Notes under the pieces: generated by a model | Database searches by the model: none | The model's input: only the letters and a program-made list of their open reading frames with translations | What the model was told of the DNA's origin: nothing | Made by a program: the position numbers and the translations under genes | From: Escherichia phage IME08 | Reading direction: 5' to 3' (one strand) | Sequence record: NC_014260.1 | Length of the DNA: 64,000 bases | Shown: one piece after another, positions 54,863 through 64,000 of the stretch | How the letters are laid out: every line of letters begins with the position of its first letter | How positions within the stretch are numbered: position 1 is the first letter of the stretch

Positions 54863-55527
54863 TGACTTTAACAGAAATGAAAAGCGGGTTAAAATCCCGC
54901 CTTGCTGACTTTTTAGAATTTTCTTTTACAACTAATCAACCTGCCGCAGTGGCAGGTCAACGTCCTATTGGCGGTCCATCGGCAAACCAAACCCAAAAAG
55001 GTGTTTATTACCCTACAGTCCAAAGTGCTATTGATGATATTGCTTTCCGTGCAGAACTTCCTGTTAATGCGGTGGTAACTACTACTGAAAACAGGGCACC
55101 TGGTTTTATTCAACAATCGGATAAATTAACTTTCTCTGGCTCCATTTCTTCTGGTGGCGAATTAGGCGATACGGTTATTATTAAGGTGTTCGGTTTGCCT
55201 GTTGAAGTTATTGTAGGCGATTCTTCGGTCCTGGTTGCTTCTAAAGTTAATGATGTTTTTATAAGCGCTATTGCCGATAGTTATATTTTGGCAGAAACGT
55301 CTATTGACCCTCTAGACCAATCTACTTTAAACATTAAATATAACGACTACCAAAACCATATTTTTGAGCCATTTAAACAAGCAGGATGCACCATTTCTCA
55401 GACTATAGTTCAAGAGCCTCGTGCAGGTTATGGATACTGGGAATATTTGGGTTCTACTACAGAATCTATGACAGGTGGAACCGTAAATGGAACAACAACC
55501 TTATATCACTATAAGCGAGTAAGTTAA
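54862..55527 (+). CDS. 11: Baseplate wedge / short tail fibre attachment protein gp11
   Basis: 221 aa (T4 219), synteny. Confidence 0.85.
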   Translation: MTLTEMKSGLKSRLADFLEFSFTTNQPAAVAGQRPIGGPSANQTQKGVYYPTVQSAIDDIAFRAELPVNAVVTTTENRAPGFIQQSDKLTFSGSISSGGELGDTVIIKVFGLPVEVIVGDSSVLVASKVNDVFISAIADSYILAETSIDPLDQSTLNIKYNDYQNHIFEPFKQAGCTISQTIVQEPRAGYGYWEYLGSTTESMTGGTVNGTTTLYHYKRVS

Positions 55528-57059
55528 TGTCTACAAATACACTAAAACACATAAGTGATAAATCAGAATTTAAAACATTCGACCCTACCGGGTCGAATTT
55601 TGACCCCTCTATTACTAATGTCCAAGACGCATTGGCGTCTATTTCCGCTATAGGTGTTACAGGTAATATACCTTCGGCTTCTGAAACAGAACAGGGTATT
55701 ATTAGATTAGCGACCCAACAAGAAGTTATTGATGGTACTGATACTTTCTCTGCGGTAACTCCGGCCACTTTAAAAGGTCGTTTAGATATTCCTACTCAAG
55801 CAACAGAAACTTATGTAGGCATCACCCGTTATGCCACTAATGATGAAGCCATTGCTGGAACAGAAACCCAGGCTGCAATCGTAGCATCGTCTTTGAAAGC
55901 TACTATAGATTATACATTCACCAATCGTTTAGCCACAGAGAACACTACAGGCGTACTCAAGATTTCAACCCTGCCGGCTGCTCTAGCAGGTACAGATGAT
56001 ACAACAGCAATGACGCCTCTGAAAACTGCTCAGGCAATTGGTGCGGCTACATCGGCATTACCGACTTATGCCAGCGCTACCCAAACTGTTGAAGGTATTG
56101 TTAGAATCGCAACAAATGCCGAAGTGGCAAATGGTACATTGACCAATGGTGTGGCAATTTCTCCTTCCGGGTTAAAATCTTTAACTTCTACCCAAGGGCG
56201 AGCAGGTATTATTAGATTAGCCACCCCGCAAGAAGCTTCTGCCGGCAGCGATTCTAATATAGCTTTATCTCCTTCAACTCTTCTTTCTCGTACTGGTACT
56301 ACTGGAAGGTTGGGTGTTGTTAAATTATCGACTACGGTTGGTTCTGGTGATGGGAATACGGCATTGGCATATAATGCTAACGTTATTTCTACCACAGGCG
56401 GCACCATTAACGGTACTTTAAACGTTAATGGTAATTTGCGTCGCAATGGGCGTGATGTTGTTACTATCGACCAATTAAAAGATTCTGTCCCTATCGGTAC
56501 TATTGTTATGTGGGGAGGCCAGATTAATAATATCCCTGCAGGTTGGGCTGTTTGTGATGGTGGTAACTCTGGTGAACAAGGATTCCGAAATGTAGTTGGT
56601 AGTAAATGGGGTTCAACTGGTGCTCGTCCCGACTTCCGTGGATTATATCCGCGTGGAGCAAACCAGACTAATGACGGCGGATTAAGAGAATGGGATGCCA
56701 ACGTTAGAATTAGAGATGCCAAAGGTAATGATGCCAAAGGTAAACCAAGATTAGGCGTAGGCTGTGGTTCATATGGCCATGGTACAGTACAAGCCCAGCA
56801 ACTTCGTTTCCATAAACACGCTGGCGGCTTTGGTGAACACGACAATGCGGGTGCATTTGGTAATACCGTTCGTTCTAACTTTGCTGGTACTCGTAAAGGA
56901 CTGGACTGGGATAACCGTTCTTACTTTACAAACGAAGGATACGAAATTGATGGTTCAGGTTCACGAGATTCAAGAACTACCCTAAACAGTGAAGGGTTAA
57001 TTGGTAACGAAAACCGTCCTTGGACTATGTCCATCCTATTCATTATTAAAGTTGCTTAA
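55527..57059 (+). CDS. 12: Short tail fibre protein gp12
   Basis: 510 aa; C-terminal KPRLGVGC...HKHAGGFGE.D.SGAFGNT.RSNF.GTRKGLDWDNRSYFTN.GYEID matches the T4 gp12 receptor-binding domain. Confidence 0.88.
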   Translation: MSTNTLKHISDKSEFKTFDPTGSNFDPSITNVQDALASISAIGVTGNIPSASETEQGIIRLATQQEVIDGTDTFSAVTPATLKGRLDIPTQATETYVGITRYATNDEAIAGTETQAAIVASSLKATIDYTFTNRLATENTTGVLKISTLPAALAGTDDTTAMTPLKTAQAIGAATSALPTYASATQTVEGIVRIATNAEVANGTLTNGVAISPSGLKSLTSTQGRAGIIRLATPQEASAGSDSNIALSPSTLLSRTGTTGRLGVVKLSTTVGSGDGNTALAYNANVISTTGGTINGTLNVNGNLRRNGRDVVTIDQLKDSVPIGTIVMWGGQINNIPAGWAVCDGGNSGEQGFRNVVGSKWGSTGARPDFRGLYPRGANQTNDGGLREWDANVRIRDAKGNDAKGKPRLGVGCGSYGHGTVQAQQLRFHKHAGGFGEHDNAGAFGNTVRSNFAGTRKGLDWDNRSYFTNEGYEIDGSGSRDSRTTLNSEGLIGNENRPWTMSILFIIKVA

Positions 57060-57069
57060 GGAAATAAAA

Positions 57070-59469
57070 ATGATTGACAAACTGAGTATTAAAGAACTTC
57101 CGTTTGTCGATGGTGTACCTGATGCATCCCAAGAGCGTATCCGTTGGATACGCAATGGAGAATGTATTGAAGGAGCCACGACTAAATACGGTCACGACGG
57201 TAATTTGAACGCCCCTGCTTTAGGAGTACAAACCAACGTAGTTAGATTAGAAGAAAACAGTATAGCTTCTAAAGACAAAATTAACGAGCTTGTGGATAAC
57301 GTTAATTTGATTAATGAAGCCCTAGATATTTCTACTGATACGGCGGTTATTCAGCAAATTGAAAAGAACCGTGTCGATATACTGGCTGTGGATGAAAAGG
57401 CTTCCGAAACTAAACAAGAATTAGGTGACTTAACCGTTAATTTTAATTTTTTAGAAGAAGATGTAGGTTATTATGGCCCGTCTTTAGATGGCCCATATCT
57501 CACCGTCAGAGAAAATATAAATCTTCTTAAATCTGAAATTGGTCACTATGCAAACCAGGACATAAACAGCCAGCCGCTTCCTCCAGGTGAAACCTCTGAA
57601 GCCACCGGCATGAAACGTCGCATTATGGATAATACCAGTGCTATTGTCGACCATTCACAACGTATAGATACCCTTGAAAAGAATTACGAAGATTCTGATG
57701 TAGGGCAACTTGGGCTTAAGATTAACGAAATTCGTGAAGAACTCGGTCCACATATTGATACAGTAGGTAAACAACCAGCATATACCAGGATTTCTGCTCT
57801 TGAAACTGCTGCTGAAAGCTTTAATGAATCAATAGATTCCATCAAGACCAGTATAGGTTTTGATAAAGGCTCTATTGATACAAGAGTAAGCACGCTGGAA
57901 ACTAAAACTTCCACTTTAGAAAACACGGTTAATAACGGTTTGGTTCCTAGAGTTACTGCGGTAGAGACCGCTATCGGTACTGCGGATACCCCTACTTCTA
58001 TTAACGGTAGATTAGGTGGCTTACGTACTGATGTTAATGAGCTAAAAAATATAGTTGGTGATAGTTCGTCTGAAGGGCTTCGTTTCCAGGTTTCTGATAT
58101 TGACCGTAAAATTGGTGCTGATGTAAGTCCGGCGGCAGGAACAATTAATAAACGTTTGAATGACCTTACAACTCAAGGTAATACTTCAGCCTCTACTATT
58201 CAGGACCTGCAGGCAGAGATTGGTAATAACCAAACAGGTATTAAGGGTTCTATTCTTAAAATTACCAACCAGATTGAAGGAACCAACCCTAACGGTAGTA
58301 CTGTAGAAGAACGAGGGTTAATAAACTCTGTTAAAGGCCTTGAAGCCCAAATGCCTACTAAATTGGGTGAAGCTCCTGCTGATGGTAAATTGTATGGGCG
58401 TAAGGATTCAGCTTGGTCTGAAATTATTGACGGCACCACAGAAATTGATGCAGTCAAAGCTTCTTTATTGGTTACAGACGGTAAAGTATCAGCTTTAACG
58501 GCAAGAGTCGATTCCAATGACACTTCAATTTCTTCTCTTGATACACGTACCGGAGCTTTAAACACTTCAGTAGGAGAAATTAAAGCCGATATCGTTTTGT
58601 TAAAATCTAAAGACACCGAGCAAGATAGTCGTATCACAGCTTTAGAAGAAAGTGATGTTACCGTTAATGGAAAAATAACGGCACTTGAATCTAAAACCGA
58701 TACCACTGATTCTGATGTTACTGCTTTGGCCTTAGATGTGAGTTCTATAGAATCGCAATTAACTCCTATTAAAGCTGATATAACTAAGAACAAAGGCGAT
58801 ATCGTTACTTTAACCGGACGAGTAGCTGCTAATGAAGGTGAAATTACCGATATTAAATTGGACACCGCTAAAATAGCTCCTTTAACCACCAGAGTCACTA
58901 CTGCTGAAGGTAAAATTGCCACCTTAGAAACCGGTTTAGCTGCTGTTAAAGTTGAATCTGATAAAGTTGCAGGAATTAATACCCGTTTAGGTACAGCTGA
59001 AGGTAAAATTACCACCTTAGAAACCGGTTTGGACGATGTTAAAGTTGAATCCGATAAAGTTGCAGGGATCGATACCCGTTTAGGTGTTGTTGAAGTTGAA
59101 TCTGGTAAAGTGGCTGGAATCAATACCCGCTTAGGCGTTGTTGAAGGTGAAGTTAGTACTCTTGAAACCGGGTTGGCAGCAGTTAAAGTTGAATCCGATA
59201 AAGTTGCAGGAATCAATACCCGTTTAGGTACGGTAGAAGGTAAAGTTGGTACTCTTGAAACAGGTTTAGCGGCGGTTAAAGTTGAATCTGATAAAGTTGC
59301 TGATTTAGGAACCCGTTTAACTGCGGCTGAAGGTAAAATCACTGCACTAGAAACTGAGTTGGCTAAACGCCCTCCTGTTGCTCCTGCAGCTGATGGACTT
59401 CCGTATGTTCTGGTTGATAATGCATGGGTTCTATTGTCAGATTTTGTGACTTTAAACTCAGCACCATAA
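57070..59469 (+). CDS. wac: Fibritin (whisker antigen control, wac), expanded repeat form
   Basis: Start MIDKLSIKELPFVDGVPDASQERIRWIRNGE resembles T4 fibritin MTDIVLNDLPFVDGPPAEGQSRISWIKNGE; foldon-like C-terminus (AWVLLSDF); 799 aa against 487 in T4. Confidence 0.85.
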   Translation: MIDKLSIKELPFVDGVPDASQERIRWIRNGECIEGATTKYGHDGNLNAPALGVQTNVVRLEENSIASKDKINELVDNVNLINEALDISTDTAVIQQIEKNRVDILAVDEKASETKQELGDLTVNFNFLEEDVGYYGPSLDGPYLTVRENINLLKSEIGHYANQDINSQPLPPGETSEATGMKRRIMDNTSAIVDHSQRIDTLEKNYEDSDVGQLGLKINEIREELGPHIDTVGKQPAYTRISALETAAESFNESIDSIKTSIGFDKGSIDTRVSTLETKTSTLENTVNNGLVPRVTAVETAIGTADTPTSINGRLGGLRTDVNELKNIVGDSSSEGLRFQVSDIDRKIGADVSPAAGTINKRLNDLTTQGNTSASTIQDLQAEIGNNQTGIKGSILKITNQIEGTNPNGSTVEERGLINSVKGLEAQMPTKLGEAPADGKLYGRKDSAWSEIIDGTTEIDAVKASLLVTDGKVSALTARVDSNDTSISSLDTRTGALNTSVGEIKADIVLLKSKDTEQDSRITALEESDVTVNGKITALESKTDTTDSDVTALALDVSSIESQLTPIKADITKNKGDIVTLTGRVAANEGEITDIKLDTAKIAPLTTRVTTAEGKIATLETGLAAVKVESDKVAGINTRLGTAEGKITTLETGLDDVKVESDKVAGIDTRLGVVEVESGKVAGINTRLGVVEGEVSTLETGLAAVKVESDKVAGINTRLGTVEGKVGTLETGLAAVKVESDKVADLGTRLTAAEGKITALETELAKRPPVAPAADGLPYVLVDNAWVLLSDFVTLNSAP
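58860..59360 (+). repeat. In-frame tandem repeat array (about 93-nt / 31-aa unit, roughly 5 copies) inside wac
   Basis: Repeated protein unit TLETGLAAVKVESDKVAGINTRLGTAEGKIT with near-identical DNA copies. Confidence 0.6.
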
Positions 59470-59470
59470 T

Positions 59471-59492
59471 AAAAGGGCTTCGGCCCTTTTTT
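59471..59492 (+). terminator. Rho-independent terminator after wac (UUCG tetraloop)
   Basis: AAAA-GGGC-UUCG-GCCC-UUUUUU immediately after the wac stop. Confidence 0.65.
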
Positions 59493-59494
59493 GC

Positions 59495-59502
59495 TATAAA
59501 TA
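59495..59502 (+). promoter_or_regulatory. Late promoter (TATAAATA) for gene 13
   Basis: Plus-strand TATAAATA 22 nt upstream of the gene 13 ATG. Confidence 0.6.
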
Positions 59503-59523
59503 CGGTTATTAGAGGAATAAAAT

Positions 59524-60456
59524 ATGGCAAGTGAATCATTTAACCCTAAGCAACTCAAGGACGCTATTCTGCGCCGCCTGGGTGCGCCAATTACAAATAT
59601 TGAAGTAACTACAGACCAAGTATACGATTGCATCCAGCGGGCCCTAGAGCTCTACGGTGAGTATCATTATAACGGGTATAACAAAGGTTATCAGGCTTTT
59701 TATATCGGTCATGGCGATGAAGAAAAATTCCGTAATGGAGTATTTGACCTTAAAGGCCGTAATATATTTGCAGTGACACAAATTTTGAGAACCAATGTAG
59801 GTTCTTTAACATCTATGGATGGGCAAGCAACTTATCCGTGGTTTACTGATTTTGTATTAGGCTTAGCAGGTATTAATGGCGGGTTAGGGTCTTCGTGTAA
59901 CAGTTTTGGACCTAATGCCTTCGGTGCTGACCTTGGTTATTTTACCCAGTTAATGCAATATCGTTCTATGATGCAGGACCTTTTGGTTCCACTACCTGAT
60001 TATTGGTATAACGACGCCACCGAACAGTTGAAGGTAATGGGTAACTTTGTTAAAGGCGATTTTATTGTAATTGAAGTTTATACTCACTCTTTTAATGGGG
60101 TCGATTCTATGGTAGGAAATACTGTAGGATATGGTTATGCTTCAGCTTGCGGTGAAGATGCATGGAGCCCGGGTGCTGTTTGGGATAACCCATCACGTCG
60201 TATTTCTGGTATGCGTGTAGGTGAGGACCTAGGTCTTCAAGATGGTGCATATAATAACCGTTGGGTTAAAGATTATGCCACTGCATTGGTTAAAGAAGTC
60301 AATGGTAATATTTTAGCCAAACACCAAGGCATGCAACTTGCAGGTGGAACCACCGTAGATGGTATTCGATTGATTGAAGAGGCTCGTTTAGAAAAAGAAC
60401 GTCTTCGTGAAGAATTAGATTTACTCGACCCACCAACACCTATTTTAATTGGATAA
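59524..60456 (+). CDS. 13: Neck protein gp13
   Basis: 310 aa (T4 309); [35 protein letters not shown] matches T4 gp13. Confidence 0.9.
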   Translation: MASESFNPKQLKDAILRRLGAPITNIEVTTDQVYDCIQRALELYGEYHYNGYNKGYQAFYIGHGDEEKFRNGVFDLKGRNIFAVTQILRTNVGSLTSMDGQATYPWFTDFVLGLAGINGGLGSSCNSFGPNAFGADLGYFTQLMQYRSMMQDLLVPLPDYWYNDATEQLKVMGNFVKGDFIVIEVYTHSFNGVDSMVGNTVGYGYASACGEDAWSPGAVWDNPSRRISGMRVGEDLGLQDGAYNNRWVKDYATALVKEVNGNILAKHQGMQLAGGTTVDGIRLIEEARLEKERLREELDLLDPPTPILIG

Positions 60457-60458
60457 TT

Positions 60459-61232
60459 ATGGCTACTTTCGATTCGAGTTTATTCGCTAAGCTGGAAGAT
60501 AATACTGGCTATGCTAATACGAACGAAACTGAAATAATGAACCCTTTCGTCAACTTTTACAAGCATGAGAATACCCAAACATTGGCTGATGCTTTAGTTG
60601 CTGAGTCTATTCAAATGCGTGGTATTGAGCTTTATTATATACCACGCGAATACGTTAAACCTGACCAGCTATTTGGCGAAGACCTTCAGAACAAATTTAC
60701 TAAAGCCTGGAAATTCGCAGGTTATTTGGATTCCTTTGAAGGTTATTCCGGTGACAATACTTATTTCAGTAAGTTCGGTATGATGGTTAATGATGAAGTA
60801 ACAATCACAATTAACCCTAACCTTTTTAAACACCAATGCAATGGCACTGAACCTGTTTCAGGTGACTTGATTTATTTCCCAATGGACAATAGCCTATTCG
60901 AAATTAACTGGGTACAACCTTACGACCCGTTCTATCAAGTAGGTGCTAACGTCCAGCGTCGAATCACTGCTACCAAGTTCATTTACAACGGTGAAGAACT
61001 TCGTCCTGAATTACAGAGAAATGAAGGTATTAATATTCCTGAATTCAGTGAGCTTGATTTAATGCCTGTTAAGAATATCGACGGGTTGGCTGATATCTCT
61101 GACATTCAATACGAAGAGGTCAATGAGATTAATGCCGAAGCTGCAGAATTCGTACACCCTTATGTTGTAATTAATGGACGAGGAGAAGATGCTCCTCCTA
61201 CAGCATTTGATGATGCTTTTTTAGATGATTAA
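60459..61232 (+). CDS. 14: Neck protein gp14
   Basis: 257 aa (T4 256), synteny. Confidence 0.88.
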   Translation: MATFDSSLFAKLEDNTGYANTNETEIMNPFVNFYKHENTQTLADALVAESIQMRGIELYYIPREYVKPDQLFGEDLQNKFTKAWKFAGYLDSFEGYSGDNTYFSKFGMMVNDEVTITINPNLFKHQCNGTEPVSGDLIYFPMDNSLFEINWVQPYDPFYQVGANVQRRITATKFIYNGEELRPELQRNEGINIPEFSELDLMPVKNIDGLADISDIQYEEVNEINAEAAEFVHPYVVINGRGEDAPPTAFDDAFLDD

Positions 61233-61270
61233 ATAATACATGGCGCATGGTGCGCCATTTAGGAGGTTTG

Positions 61271-62133
61271 ATGTTTGGACATTGGTATAATAGTTCGCTA
61301 CGTCGCTATATTGTTTTGATGGGTGATTTATTTTCCCATGTTCAAGTAGCACGTCAAAGAGAAGATACAGGGCTTAAATTTATTAAAGTTCCTATTACGT
61401 ATGCTTCTAAAGAAAGATTTATGGCAAATTTGGGTAAATGGACTGCTGTTCAAAATATTCCAAACCCTAATATGTCTCCTAAAGAACGAGCTGAACAAAA
61501 GGCTAAAGTGGAAACAGTTCTTCCACGTATGAACCTTCAAATGGTTGATATGCTTTATAACTCACAATACAAAACAGCTCTTCAGAACAGAACACAAATT
61601 CAATTTGAGAATGGTGACCCTAGAAAACGAGTTAGCCAATATTCTCCTACTCCGGTTAAAATGATTTTCGAACTGGGTATTTACACTAGAACCCAAGATG
61701 ATATGTTCCAAATTGTGGAACAGATTATGCCTTATTTCCAACCTCACTTTAATACAACAATCACTGAACTCTATACAAACGAGATTAAATTCGACCGAGA
61801 TATTCGTATTGTGTTTCAGTCTATTGCTATGGATGAACAACTTGAAGGCGATACCGCTTCACGTCGTCGTTTAGAATGGTCTATGATGTTTGAGGTTAAC
61901 GGATGGTTATATCCTCCGGTGAAAGAAATGGAAGGCGAAATTAAAACCATTTATCTTGATTTCTTTGCTAACTCAAAGGAACTCGCTCCTGAAGGTAATT
62001 TCGAATCGGTTGATAGCGAAGTGGTTCCGAGAGGTGTAGAACAAACAGAATGGGATGGAAGTTCCGTTCAAACATATTCACAAGATATTCCAGTGCCTGT
62101 CGAGCCAGCGCCTCCAGCACCAAGGAGAAACCC

Positions 62134-62137
<4 letters not shown>
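61271..62137 (+). CDS. 15: Tail sheath stabiliser / tail completion protein gp15
   Basis: Start [21 protein letters not shown] (T4 MFGYFYNSSFRRYATLMGDLF) preceded by SD AGGAGG; track ORF starts 24 nt upstream. Confidence 0.85.

Positions 62138-64000
<1,863 letters not shown>

Noticed and set aside
56066-59633. Long minus-strand ORFs of 259 and 477 aa antisense to gp12 and fibritin
   Set aside because: They are Ser/Thr/Pro/Ala-rich translations of the reverse strand of repetitive structural-gene sequence; no promoter or SD; the sense-strand genes are conserved T4 homologs.

Overview
This window is a segment of a T4-like (Tevenvirinae) myovirus genome, closely related to but not identical with coliphage T4. 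Positions 1-42829 are a minus-strand early/middle region: replication and recombination genes 44, 45, rpbA, 46, 47, late sigma factor 55, endonuclease VII (49), nrdC, rI, tk, regB, denV, ipII, lysozyme e, nudE, a three-tRNA cluster, 57B/57A, and genes 1, 3, 2, 4. Between these sit hyperplastic stretches of small unknown genes, separated by at least 14 repeated T4-type early promoter cassettes (PeSL-like) and UUCG/GNRA hairpin terminators. Positions 42841-64000 are the plus-strand late morphogenesis cluster (53, 5, 5.1, 5.4, 6-12, wac, 13-15, terminase 16 and 17), with TATAAATA late promoters. Gene calls rest on remembered T4 protein sequences, motifs and synteny; no database search was run. 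The most interesting unexplained content is a tandem array of five small acidic paralogs sharing a C-terminal W-x-SSS-x-x-C tail, a nucleotidyltransferase plus P-loop ATPase pair, six capsid-targeting-signal internal proteins, and probable anti-CBASS genes (57B/Acb1, Vs.4-like). The alpha-glucosyltransferase and nrdD/nrdG genes are absent from their canonical T4 positions.
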